Assembly: GCA_038207085.1 (NCBI GenBank)
Contig: JBBRAE010000027.1
Coordinates: forward strand, 1 to 38,307
Length of the DNA stretch: 38,307 nucleotides
Direction of reading: 5' to 3'
Source: Armatimonadota bacterium
Lineage (GTDB): Bacteria; Armatimonadota; UBA5829; DTLH01
A model generated the notes under the pieces. That model was not told the DNA's origin, did no database searches, and worked only from the letters and a program-made list of their open reading frames with translations. The position numbers and the translations under genes were made by a program. Each line of letters begins with the position of its first letter. The stretch's first letter is position 1. Below are positions 17,890 to 27,396 of the stretch, one piece after another.

Positions 17890-18093
17890 TTAACTCCCTG
17901 TTCCCACAATCTCCTGAACGCGGCCCACTCGGCCATCATCGAGCATCACTTTGATGCCGTGGGGATGGTTGGGGCTCTTGGTCAACAGCCGCGCTACGAC
18001 CCCCTCTGTAAGCTTTCCCGTCGGCTGGTTCTGCTTTTCGACTATTCTCACCCGCAGTCCGGGCGATATCTCACTTCTGTTTGGCACTGGCAT
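17890..18093 (-). CDS. YwbE (DUF2196) family protein
   Basis: PGLRVRIVEKQNQPTGKLTEGVV...LLTKSPNHPHGIKVMLDDGRVGRV matches the family pattern. Confidence 0.88.
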   Translation of the reverse strand: MPVPNRSEISPGLRVRIVEKQNQPTGKLTEGVVARLLTKSPNHPHGIKVMLDDGRVGRVQEIVGTGS

Positions 18094-18119
18094 AGATTAT
18101 AATCCTTTCATTCAAACCG

Positions 18120-18155
18120 AAAAAGGGCCCGCACCGAAAGAGTCGATGCGGGCCC
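18120..18155 (-). terminator. intrinsic terminator of the Ig-repeat gene
   Basis: Stem GGGCCCGCA..TGCGGGCCC, followed on the minus strand by TTTTT. Confidence 0.75.
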
Positions 18156-18179
18156 GTGTTGTTCATTTACCCATTAGCC

Positions 18180-21100
18180 TTACGGAGCAGGGACTATGAG
18201 GTTGCAGTTAATCATTGCCTTGACCCAGTAAGCCTGCCACGGCATAAGGTTCGGCGTGGCAGATGTGTCGTTCACCAGATAGTAATCGCCTGCAGCCGCG
18301 TCCCATCCCCAGGCGAAGTTCTTGACAGCGTCATTCGCGCTCACAAGCGGTCTTCGCACTGCTCCGGTTTCGACCTGGATGGCAGCCGAGTTCCATCTCA
18401 CGGACGATATGAACGGCGTTCCGATAAGGTTCCATCCTGGCCTCAGCTTGATGACGCCTTCTGCAGACTGCGAAGGTATCGTGCCGCATGGTGTATCGAC
18501 AGTTCCGGAGAATCTTGCCCAGAATCCTCTGCCGATCGCGCTCGTCACCGGCGCGAACCAGGTAGAGCTGTTCGGATAGACCGAGTAGGTTCCGGAATCC
18601 GGCACGAAGCTGACCCAGCCGTTGCTGTCGAAGTCGACAACGTCTTTGGGGTCAGTGCTGTCCGGGATGATCGGAATCGACACCATTGCAAGGCCCGACC
18701 AGGCGCTTCCGGGTGAGGTTGCCACCACGTTTACAACGAGCGTATCGGTGGAAGTATTCCCCACAGCGTCTGTGGCTGTAACTGTGATCGTGTCGGATAT
18801 CCCATTGATCGTGATCGATCCAGACCAGGCGCTGGTCCCGGTCAGGGTTCCTTCGCCGCTGTGGCCGGTGGAGTAGGTGACCTCAGAGAGCCCGCTTGAA
18901 TCAGATGCGGTTCCCGATATACTTATCGCCGCGCAGTTCCGGTTGATGGAAGTGCCGGCGGTCGGTGCAGTTATTGCAACAGTCGGCGCGACATTGTCGA
19001 AGGCGACTGTTCTGCTTGATACGAGGTTGGCGTCGCCGTCGGCGTTGGTGGCGCATCCTGCCGGGATCGTCACGATGACGGTTCCAGAGGAAGTCATACC
19101 GACTACGGCGATGTTATAGGTAGAGCCGCTTCCTGTGACGGTTGCAGCTTTGGTGCCGCCGGATGTTCCGGTGACGACTACGTCGCTTGATACGAAGTCA
19201 GAGACCGCGCTTGAGAATACAGCCGTCAGATTGATGGTTGTATTCTTTGTCGGGTTGGTCAGTCCTGGTGCAAGCGAGATTGCGACGCTCGGGCCGACGC
19301 GCTCATAGTTGACCACAACAGAGGCCGATGCGGTGCTCTGGTTGCCGACGCCGTCTTGGGCGGAGTCAGCAGGGATCGTCGCGACGATTGTGCCGGACTG
19401 GTTCATACCGCTCACTGCGACGTTGTAGGTCGTTCCGCTGCCGGTTATGGCGGCAATGGTTGGGTTCGCCGTGCCTTGTAGGAGAACGTCACTGGCCGTG
19501 AAGCCGGTAACCGTCTCGCTGAAGGTAGCCGTGAAGTTCACGGGGGAGCCTTGAGCCGGACTGGCTTGCGAAGCGGCTCTTGCAAACGTGACAGTCGGCT
19601 TGACGATGTCGTAGTTTACGGTGTTGTCGGTCGCTGTTGATGCGACGTTTGCGTTGTTCGCGGCGTCGTGGGCCCTGCCTGCGGCGATCGACGCGATGAC
19701 TGTTCCCTGTCCAACCGCACCGTTGACGGCTATGTTGTAGGTGGTGCCGCTTCCGGTGACGGTGGCAGTCTTGATACCGCCCGCAGTACCGGAGATGGTA
19801 ACGTCACCCGACGCGAAGTCACTGACCGCAGCGTTGAAGACCACCGTGAAGTTAATCGGTAACTGGTTAGTCGGGTCGCTCTGAGTATCAGCCTGATTGA
19901 CAGTGACTCTAAGCGTTGAGTTGTTGTAACCGACGCTTGCCGTTTCAGAGGCAGTGTTGCCGTTGCCTGCACCGTCTATGACGGCTCCGGCTGGGATAAT
20001 CGCGGTTAGCGTTCCGGACTGGGTCATCCCGGTAACGGAGACGGTGAACTCCGTGTGGTCTCCGCTGTCTATGACTCGCACTATCGTTGTTCCGGTTCCT
20101 CCTCCGATTACAACATCGCTTGGGCCGAATCCTGTGATCGGTTCGCTAAATGTTGCAGTGAAGACGATGGTGCTGCCGTTTGTAGGATCGGACTGACCGT
20201 TCGCCTTTTCGAGTAGAACTGTAGGAGCCTGATTGTCGAATGTGACCGTATTGTCGGTATTAGTCGAGGCAAGGTTGCCGTCGTTGTTGGAGTTGTGCGC
20301 CGCATCAGCAGGGATGTCCACAATGACCGTTCCGGGCTGAGTCATGCCGGTGACGGCGATCTCATAGGACTTGCCGCTTCCGGTGACGGTGACGCTAGTC
20401 GCTCCAGCGGTTCCATCGATGAGTACGTCGTTTGCATCGAAGTCGCTCACTGGCTCACCGAACGAAGCTTTGAAGCGAATGGTCGACTGGTTGCTGGGGT
20501 CAGCCTGACCTACGGCCTGAGTTATGATTACACCAAGCGGTATAGTGACGCTGTTGTCAGAGCTTGTGGATGCAATGCTCAAGTTTCCTGTCAGGTCAGT
20601 GACCGCGCCTACACGGATGGAGGCTGAAAGCGTTCCGCCTGCCGAAATCCCAGTGACTGACACTGTGTATCTGGTCTTGTTGAACGGCACGATCTCAGTG
20701 ACTGTAGTTGTTGCTGCGCTGGCTGTTCCACTGAGTACCACGTCAGCTGAGGTGAATCCCAAAACCGGTTCGCTAAAGACAGCGGTGAAGTTGATGGGCT
20801 CCGCGGTTGTCGGGTCAGCCTGGCCTGACGCCTGGTTGATCGTAACGGTAGGCGATGTGGCGTCGTAAGCGACGGTGTTGTCGACGCTTGTCGACGCTGT
20901 GTTGCTGATAAGGGTGCTGTCGATCGCCGCGTTTTCGGGAACGTTTACGATGACCGTTCCTGAAGACGTCATTCCGCTTACGGCGACGTTATAGGTGGTG
21001 CCGCTTCCGGTGACAGTTGCGGTCTTGGTTCCACCCGCAGTGCCGGTTATCAGTACGTCACTTGCGGTGAACCCGGTGACAGCTACACTGAACGTGACCC

Positions 21101-23570
21101 TAAAGTCGATAGAGGCTTCATTGGTCGGGTCGGTCTGATCGGCGGACTGTTCCACTGTGACAGTAGGCTGAACGGGTTGATAAGTTACGGTGTTGTCGGT
21201 GCTGGTGCTATCGGATGTCAAGAATCCAAGGGAGGCGTCTCTAGCAGCACCGGCGTTGATGCTTGCGATGACGGTTCCCGGCGTTATCATGCCGTAGACG
21301 GACACCGCGTAGGTCTTGTAGTCGCCGCTGTTGGTGATGAATATGAGTTTTGTATCAAACCCCGCTGTGCCGGTTATTATCACGTCTTCTTCGGTGAACC
21401 CGTCAACCGGTTTGCTGAAGACTGCAGTGAAGTTGATCGGCTGGGTCAGAGCGGGATCCAGCTGGCCTGAGGCTTGATTGATCGTAACCGTTGGACTGGG
21501 CACGTATGTGACCGTGTTGTCGGTAGAGGTCGATGCCGTGTTGCCGTTGCCAACAACGTCGACTGCAACGCCTGCGGGAATGCTTATGGAAACGACTCCA
21601 GGATTGATCATTCCCGTAACCGAAACGTTGTACGACGTTCCTGCTCCGGTCAATGAAACGGCATTGGCTCCCGTGGTTCCAGAAACAGTAACATCAGTTG
21701 CTGCGAACCCAGTAACGGGCTCACTGAAAGTCACTGAGAAGTTGACCTGAGCTACGTTGGTGGGGTCTATCTGGGTTGCAGGCTGCGACACAACAATCGT
21801 GGGTGGGGTAACATCATAGGACACTGTCGCCTGGCCTGAGGCCGGGTTGGTGTTACCCGCCGGGTCACTGACTGTGCTTGCGGCGATGGACGCGACAACC
21901 GAGCCCGATGAAGACATTCCGGTTACAGCGAGGTCGTAGGTCGTTCCATCAAAAGGTGCTACCTCAGTAACTGTAGCGGTCTTTACTCCCGGGGCTGTGC
22001 CTGATATGACCACGTCGCCGCCATCAAAGCCGTTAACAGACTCACTGAAAACTACTCTGAAAGTGATTGGCTTGGAGTTGGTCGGGCTTGCCTGTGCAGG
22101 TCCTCTTGTGAGACTTGATATAAAAGGAACCACGTTGTCGTAGGACACGATGTTGTCGGAGTCTATAGACGGCAGGTTCCCTTCAGTGACCGCATCCGCA
22201 GGAATCTTGATAATGACAGTTCCTGCCTTGGGCACTGAGTTGATTGCGATGTTGTAGAGTGATCCGCTCCCGCTTACGGTAGCAGACGTCGCTCCTGCGC
22301 TTCCGCTGACGACTACGTCACTTGAGTCAAAACCGGAAACGCTGGATGTGAACTGTGCTCGGAAGTTGATGGGTAGTGCGCCAGTGGGATCAGCCTGGCC
22401 CGTGGCCTGGGTGATCGTGACTGAGCGGGCGGTTGGCTTATAGGTGACCGTGTCATCTACTGATGATGATGCAAGGCCGGAGTTTCCGACGCGGTCCGTC
22501 ACTTTGTCGGCATCGACCGATATGGTGACATCTCCTGCTGAGGAAACCCCTGATACTGCAATAGAGAACTTCGTGCCGTCAAACGGGTTGACCTCAGTTA
22601 AAGTCACGGTGCCCGTGTTGACTGTAATATCATCAGCGGTAAAGCCCACGACAGGTTCGCTGAACAGTGCCGTGAAGTATATCGGCTGAGTATTGGTAGG
22701 GTCCTGCTGCCCCTGGGCCTGGTTGACCGTCATGCTCGGGCTCTTGAAGTCGAGGACAACGGTGTTATCTTGACCCGTAGAAGCTGTGCTGGTGTTGCCG
22801 GCAAGGTCAGTGCCAGCGCCTGTGACGGTGTTGACGGTTATGGTTGACTGCTCCGGTTTGTCGAGCTTTGCGGGGTCGATTGTGATAGAAAGCCGGTACT
22901 GGGCCCCTGCGCCAGTGAATGTTGTCTTAGTTGCATCTATTCCAGTGGTGCCCGATCCCGAGATATTCACGATCGCATTGAGATCGGCCACATCTGGGCC
23001 GTCATCGGCGGTGCCGGCCTCTCCATCGGGTCCAGGATCTTTCTTGGTAGCAGTAACGACAAACTCACTGAATATTATGTTGAAAGTAAAAGATGTTTCA
23101 TTGGTAGGGCCTGGCGGACTGTTCTCAAGGTTGACCACGGACGTAGGCATGGTAACATCGTAGGTGACCGTGTTGTCCGTGCTTACCGACGCCAAGTTCT
23201 TTTCGCCAGCGCCGTTTTCAGCTCTGTTGGCCGGGATCGACACCGAGACCATCCCACTTGCCGAAAACGTTCCACTTACAACCACATCATAGGTGGTGCC
23301 ATCGTTATCGTTGCCGCCGGGTGGTGGGACTTCGGTGACTGTGACGGTCTTGGCACCTGGTATATTGCTCGTTACAACGACATCACCTGCAGTGAAGTCG
23401 AAAACGGGCTGGGTGAAGACCGCCCTGAACTTGACAGGCGCTACCCTGACAGGGTCCTGTTGTCCAGACCACTGGTTGATAGTGACGCCGGGTTGCGACC
23501 CGTACGAAGCCGATGCCGTCACGATTGTGATCAGCAGAAGGGTCATTAGGATGACCGAGGTCCTCTTCAT
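18180..23570 (-). CDS. large secreted/surface protein with about 15 tandem Ig-like (Big-type) domains and a C-terminal GWNLIG-type domain
   Basis: Signal peptide MKRTSVILMTLLLITIVTASA after a GGAGGT RBS. About 14 repeats of PTVTINQAxGQxDPTN...FTAVFSEPVxGFxxxDV...GTTYNVAVSG...DxxGN...DNTVTYD, one further Ig-like unit, then a ~170-aa terminal domain. Confidence 0.85.
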   Translation of the reverse strand: MKRTSVILMTLLLITIVTASASYGSQPGVTINQWSGQQDPVRVAPVKFRAVFTQPVFDFTAGDVVVTSNIPGAKTVTVTEVPPPGGNDNDGTTYDVVVSGTFSASGMVSVSIPANRAENGAGEKNLASVSTDNTVTYDVTMPTSVVNLENSPPGPTNETSFTFNIIFSEFVVTATKKDPGPDGEAGTADDGPDVADLNAIVNISGSGTTGIDATKTTFTGAGAQYRLSITIDPAKLDKPEQSTITVNTVTGAGTDLAGNTSTASTGQDNTVVLDFKSPSMTVNQAQGQQDPTNTQPIYFTALFSEPVVGFTADDITVNTGTVTLTEVNPFDGTKFSIAVSGVSSAGDVTISVDADKVTDRVGNSGLASSSVDDTVTYKPTARSVTITQATGQADPTGALPINFRAQFTSSVSGFDSSDVVVSGSAGATSATVSGSGSLYNIAINSVPKAGTVIIKIPADAVTEGNLPSIDSDNIVSYDNVVPFISSLTRGPAQASPTNSKPITFRVVFSESVNGFDGGDVVISGTAPGVKTATVTEVAPFDGTTYDLAVTGMSSSGSVVASIAASTVSDPAGNTNPASGQATVSYDVTPPTIVVSQPATQIDPTNVAQVNFSVTFSEPVTGFAATDVTVSGTTGANAVSLTGAGTSYNVSVTGMINPGVVSISIPAGVAVDVVGNGNTASTSTDNTVTYVPSPTVTINQASGQLDPALTQPINFTAVFSKPVDGFTEEDVIITGTAGFDTKLIFITNSGDYKTYAVSVYGMITPGTVIASINAGAARDASLGFLTSDSTSTDNTVTYQPVQPTVTVEQSADQTDPTNEASIDFRVTFSVAVTGFTASDVLITGTAGGTKTATVTGSGTTYNVAVSGMTSSGTVIVNVPENAAIDSTLISNTASTSVDNTVAYDATSPTVTINQASGQADPTTAEPINFTAVFSEPVLGFTSADVVLSGTASAATTTVTEIVPFNKTRYTVSVTGISAGGTLSASIRVGAVTDLTGNLSIASTSSDNSVTIPLGVIITQAVGQADPSNQSTIRFKASFGEPVSDFDANDVLIDGTAGATSVTVTGSGKSYEIAVTGMTQPGTVIVDIPADAAHNSNNDGNLASTNTDNTVTFDNQAPTVLLEKANGQSDPTNGSTIVFTATFSEPITGFGPSDVVIGGGTGTTIVRVIDSGDHTEFTVSVTGMTQSGTLTAIIPAGAVIDGAGNGNTASETASVGYNNSTLRVTVNQADTQSDPTNQLPINFTVVFNAAVSDFASGDVTISGTAGGIKTATVTGSGTTYNIAVNGAVGQGTVIASIAAGRAHDAANNANVASTATDNTVNYDIVKPTVTFARAASQASPAQGSPVNFTATFSETVTGFTASDVLLQGTANPTIAAITGSGTTYNVAVSGMNQSGTIVATIPADSAQDGVGNQSTASASVVVNYERVGPSVAISLAPGLTNPTKNTTINLTAVFSSAVSDFVSSDVVVTGTSGGTKAATVTGSGSTYNIAVVGMTSSGTVIVTIPAGCATNADGDANLVSSRTVAFDNVAPTVAITAPTAGTSINRNCAAISISGTASDSSGLSEVTYSTGHSGEGTLTGTSAWSGSITINGISDTITVTATDAVGNTSTDTLVVNVVATSPGSAWSGLAMVSIPIIPDSTDPKDVVDFDSNGWVSFVPDSGTYSVYPNSSTWFAPVTSAIGRGFWARFSGTVDTPCGTIPSQSAEGVIKLRPGWNLIGTPFISSVRWNSAAIQVETGAVRRPLVSANDAVKNFAWGWDAAAGDYYLVNDTSATPNLMPWQAYWVKAMINCNLIVPAP

Positions 23571-24044
23571 TTGCGCTTGCACCTCCAACGGTTGTTTCTC
23601 CCGCGTGCACCTATTTACCCGCGGAAGCGGTCACATGCTACAGCATTGCGTGACTCTTATTCGTATCCATATGGCTGATGATTGTAGTGTGGGGTTTGTG
23701 ACCGCCGAACCGGTTCTTAGGCAGAAGAACCTGGCTGATCTGCGAATCATCCCCCCTGACCGACAGATCAGGTTGCAAACAATCGGCTAAAGATCTCATT
23801 TCTTGATCGGTAGCCAACTTACCTGGTAGCCTACATTACAAGAAACAGCAGTCTTTTCTACGTCTGCAGCTCATCCGAACTGACACAGCATCATTCTAGC
23901 AGACCGACGAGAGATTGTCTATGGTTCCACAGGAAACTCTGAAGTGAAATATTTGTGCAGACAGGCCATCCTATAATATATGGATATAACGGCGTTGTGA
24001 TCGGGCAGGAGCAGCAGCCCTCCGTCACTAACATATATACTGTA

Positions 24045-25388
24045 ATGCGCATTGAAACTCTTGATAGTTCCATAAGCCCGCTCTGTGCTGCTCTGCTGCT
24101 TGCAGATGAGCCGTGCCTGTGTTTTCTCGATAGCTCCGGCGACGGTCCGCGTGGTCGGTGGTCGTTTGTCGGCGTTCGCCCGGATTTCGTCATTGGGCAC
24201 GAGGTTGGCGTTGATTTCTTCGACGTGCTCGACGGCGTGTTGTCAGATAGAGCTGTCACGAGCTCTGACGGGCCTCCGTTTGGCTGCGGGCTTATGGGGT
24301 ATCTGTCATACGACCTGTGCCGTGATCTTGAGGACGTTTGCGGGGCGGCCGTCGATGATCTGCCGACTCCCAGGGCATGCTTCGGGTTCTATGACTGCGT
24401 TTTTGCCTTTGATAAGGTGACGGGCGGTGCGTATATATGTTATCTTGAAACGGCAAAGCGAAAGGTCGATGATCTGCGGCGCAAGCTTGCGGGGTCTCTG
24501 CCCGCGCGGGCGATTGTCGAGCCGATTGGGCCTGGCGAAGTGGTTGACTGGTCGGCTGTGCGGCGCGACATCAGCCGGGACGAGTATCTGGGCATGGTCG
24601 AGCGGGTGAAGGACTACATCGCGGCAGGGGACGTCTACCAGATCAACCTCTCGCAGCGGTTTAGCGCGCCTCTTGAAACTGGCGGCTGGGAGCTTTATCA
24701 GGCGCTTCGGTCGGTCAACCCATCGCCGTTTGGCTGTTACCTCGATATGCCCGGGCTTGAGCTTGCGAGCGCGAGCCCTGAACGGCTTGTTCGGCTGGAC
24801 GGCAGGACCCGCGAGGTCGAGACGCGCCCGATCAAAGGCACGAGGCCCAGGGGCGCGACTCCCGAGGAAGACCTGCGCCTGGCACGGGAGCTTGCGGCAA
24901 GCGAGAAAGACCGCGCGGAGAACCTGATGATCGTCGATATGGCGCGAAACGATCTTGGCAGGGTCTGTGAGTACGGCTCGGTCATCGTGCCTGAGCTCTG
25001 GGAGATCGAGGAGCACCCAAACGTCTGGCAGATGGTCTCGACCGTTCGTGGGACGCTCGCAAAAGAGCGTTCGGTTGGGGATATGCTTCGTGCGCTGTTC
25101 CCTGGTGGCTCGATCACCGGTGCGCCAAAGGTCCGGGCGATGAGGCTGATCGACGAGATCGAGCCAGTCAGGCGTGGTATCTATACTGGCTCAGTCGGCT
25201 ACATCGACATCCGGGGAAACGCAGATTTCAATATTTGCATCAGAAGCGTCGTCATCCGGGACGGCCGGGCGTGGTTTCAAGGCGGCGGAGGGATCGTCGC
25301 CGACTCCGTGCCTGTGCAGGAATATCAGGAAACCTTAGACAAAGTTGGCGGCATCGTCGCCGCGATCGATCGAGCAGGAGGAGACTAG
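24045..25388 (+). CDS. pabB: aminodeoxychorismate synthase component I (PabB/TrpE family)
   Basis: GYLSYDL, IAAGDVYQINLSQR, SASPERL, RPIKGTRPRG, KDRAENLMIVDMARNDLGR, FPGGSITGAPK. The PIKGT motif favours PabB. Confidence 0.88.
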   Translation: MRIETLDSSISPLCAALLLADEPCLCFLDSSGDGPRGRWSFVGVRPDFVIGHEVGVDFFDVLDGVLSDRAVTSSDGPPFGCGLMGYLSYDLCRDLEDVCGAAVDDLPTPRACFGFYDCVFAFDKVTGGAYICYLETAKRKVDDLRRKLAGSLPARAIVEPIGPGEVVDWSAVRRDISRDEYLGMVERVKDYIAAGDVYQINLSQRFSAPLETGGWELYQALRSVNPSPFGCYLDMPGLELASASPERLVRLDGRTREVETRPIKGTRPRGATPEEDLRLARELAASEKDRAENLMIVDMARNDLGRVCEYGSVIVPELWEIEEHPNVWQMVSTVRGTLAKERSVGDMLRALFPGGSITGAPKVRAMRLIDEIEPVRRGIYTGSVGYIDIRGNADFNICIRSVVIRDGRAWFQGGGGIVADSVPVQEYQETLDKVGGIVAAIDRAGGD

Positions 25389-26236
25389 TGGCGGAACCTT
25401 ACCTTCCCGTATACCTAAACGGCGAGATCATAACCGCGGACCAGGCGCGGGTGTCGGTATTTGACCGGGGATTTATGCGCGGCGACGGGCTCTTTGAGAC
25501 GCTTCGATCCTACGGCGGCAGACTTTTCAGGCTCGACGACCACCTCGCGCGCCTCGACCACGGCATGGAAATCCTTCACTACGATATGACCAGTGCCGAC
25601 CTCGATCTCAAAGCGGCCTGTGAGACGACTCTCAGGGCAAGCGCCGTGCAGGACGCCCGGGTGCGGGTGCAGGTGACGCGCGGCGTTGGTTCGACCGAGT
25701 TCAACGCGCATAATGAAGGCGTGCCCACGGTGCTGATTACCGTCCACCCGATCGTATCCAAAACCAGCAAGCCGCTTGACGTGATCGTCGCTTCGATCAG
25801 GCGCGATCAGATGTCGCCGTTCGCCTCTATCAAGACGATCAACTACCTGCCAAGCATTCTAGCGCGCAGGGAGGCTGAGGTCGCCGGGGTTGACGACGCG
25901 ATCCTCTTGAACTACGCTGGAAACGTCGCCGAGGGCTGCGCGAGCAACGTGTTTCTCGTGAAAGACGGCGTGCTTGTCACTCCAGACATCGCGTCAGGTG
26001 CGCTTCCTGGGATTATCAGGGTCACGATCCTTGAGATCGCTCGCGACCTTGGTATCCCGGCTTTTGAGCGAACGGTCGCGCCGGGCGAGCTCGAACGCGC
26101 CGACGAGATCTTTCTGACAAGCTCCGCCCGTGAGGTCGCGCCGGTTGAGACGATTGATGCCAAGCGGGTGGGGCACGGCTCACACGAAATTGCCGAGAAG
26201 CTTGAGCGGGAATATCGAGCGAGGGCCGAAGCTTAA
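25388..26236 (+). CDS. class IV PLP aminotransferase-fold protein (PabC/IlvE/D-AAT family)
   Basis: DRGFMRGDGLFET, HLARL, IKTINY, EGCASNVF, LPGIIR, ADEIFLTSS. GTG overlaps the pabB stop. Context favours ADC lyase. Confidence 0.85.
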   Translation: MAEPYLPVYLNGEIITADQARVSVFDRGFMRGDGLFETLRSYGGRLFRLDDHLARLDHGMEILHYDMTSADLDLKAACETTLRASAVQDARVRVQVTRGVGSTEFNAHNEGVPTVLITVHPIVSKTSKPLDVIVASIRRDQMSPFASIKTINYLPSILARREAEVAGVDDAILLNYAGNVAEGCASNVFLVKDGVLVTPDIASGALPGIIRVTILEIARDLGIPAFERTVAPGELERADEIFLTSSAREVAPVETIDAKRVGHGSHEIAEKLEREYRARAEA

Positions 26237-26237
26237 G

Positions 26238-26261
26238 TGGGCGGACTCTCGGGCCCGCCCC
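26238..26261. terminator. hairpin between convergent genes
   Basis: TGGGCGG-ACTCTCGGGC-CCGCCCA. Similar to the hairpin at 29019-29042. Confidence 0.55.
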
Positions 26262-26266
26262 AACCG

Positions 26267-26536
26267 TTAACTACGGCTGTTTTTGTGGCTTTCTTTGTGA
26301 GATGGAAAGCAGACGTTGTCGACGCGGTCGACGAGTTTTCTGCCGCGCCTTGTGCGCCCGATTCCGATTATCGACACAATCGCCGACACCGCCGCAATCA
26401 CGATCACATCATGGTGTCGAGAGATGACCCCCCACACAATCGCCGCAAGGTTGATCAGCCACAGCCATCGAAAAGTCCATATGTCGGTATCCATTTCCTC
26501 GCGCAGTCGGTCCATCTGCGTCTCGCACTCGTTCAT
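26267..26536 (-). CDS. small hypothetical membrane protein (2 predicted TM)
   Basis: GAGGAG RBS ahead of ATG 26536. Hydrophobic segments WLWLINLAAIVWGVI and VIVIAAVSAIVSIIGIG. Confidence 0.6.
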   Translation of the reverse strand: MNECETQMDRLREEMDTDIWTFRWLWLINLAAIVWGVISRHHDVIVIAAVSAIVSIIGIGRTRRGRKLVDRVDNVCFPSHKESHKNSRS

Positions 26537-26655
26537 TGTCATTCTCCTCGTTTTCGGGCATCCAATTGCTAATTACCCTTCTGTGAGGGTTACGAAGTTG
26601 TCTAACTATTTTGCGGGTTCTTGAAGGCTTGGACAGCGGGAGGATCTCTGCATAC

Positions 26656-26985
26656 TCATTCGCCGATCGCCGCGTCGAGCTTCTTCGCGATATCTTCTTT
26701 GGGATGCGCTCCGATGATTCTGTCGACCGCTTCGCCTGCTTTGAAGATGACGAGCGTCGGGATTCCCTGCACACCGTATTTGGCGGCGAGTGGCTGGTTT
26801 TCGTCGACGTTTACCTTGACGATCTTGGCCTTGCCTGCGTAGTCAGTGGCGAGCTCATCTATTGTCGGCCCAAGCATCCGACAGGGCATACACCACGGTG
26901 CCCAGAAGTCCACGAGCACCGCAGACTCAGATTCCATTACCTCGGACTCAAAAGTAGTCACTGTCACAGCAGCAGCTTCGCTCAT
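26656..26985 (-). CDS. trxA: thioredoxin (WCMPC active site)
   Basis: LVDFWAPWCMPCRML, KVNVDEN, YGVQGIPTL. AAAGGA RBS. Confidence 0.96.
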   Translation of the reverse strand: MSEAAAVTVTTFESEVMESESAVLVDFWAPWCMPCRMLGPTIDELATDYAGKAKIVKVNVDENQPLAAKYGVQGIPTLVIFKAGEAVDRIIGAHPKEDIAKKLDAAIGE

Positions 26986-26998
26986 AGTTGTAATCCTT

Positions 26999-27108
26999 TC
27001 CTAAGGCGCTATGTGCGCCGTCCTAAGGCGCTATGTGCGCCGTCCCAAGGCGCTATGCGCGCCGTCCCAAGGCGCTATGTGCGCCGTCCCAAGGCGCTAC
27101 GTGCGCCG
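26999..27108. repeat. 5 x 22-bp tandem repeat, each unit a GGCGC-N5-GCGCC hairpin
   Basis: Units start at 27001, 27023, 27045, 27067 and 27089. Consensus CYAAGGCGCTATGTGCGCCGTC, with no spacers. Confidence 0.95.
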
Positions 27109-27124
27109 CATCGCCTTTATCGTG

Positions 27125-27385
27125 TCACGCGAGCGTCAGAAACAGCTTCATAGCCTCTTCCATTTCATTCTGACATTGGTCCTGTCCCTGTTTTGCGATG
27201 CACTCCTGCATCCGGTGGGTGAGGATGAGGAACCCGACTTTGTCCAGCGCCTTTCGGGCGGCGGCTAGTTGATGGACGACCTGTGTGCAGTCCTGTCCTT
27301 CTTCGACAAGCCTTTGAAGTCCGCGAACCTGCCCTTCGATGCGCCTCAGTCGGTTGATTACATCATTTTGCACGTCAGTGCTCAC
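27125..27385 (-). CDS. CsoR/RcnR/CstR-family transcriptional repressor
   Basis: NRLRRIEGQVRGLQRLVEEGQDCTQVVHQLAAARKAL...ECI. GTG 27385 follows a GGAGG RBS. Confidence 0.92.
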   Translation of the reverse strand: MSTDVQNDVINRLRRIEGQVRGLQRLVEEGQDCTQVVHQLAAARKALDKVGFLILTHRMQECIAKQGQDQCQNEMEEAMKLFLTLA

Positions 27386-27396
27386 GTCAGCCTCCG

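Noticed and set aside
18180..23570. Diversity-generating retroelement target or phase-variable repeats in the Ig-repeat gene
   Set aside because: Repeats are diverged at the DNA level, and no reverse transcriptase or adenine-specific TR/VR pair is visible in the window.
26999..27108. CRISPR array
   Set aside because: The 22-bp units are directly adjacent with no unique spacers, and no cas genes are present.
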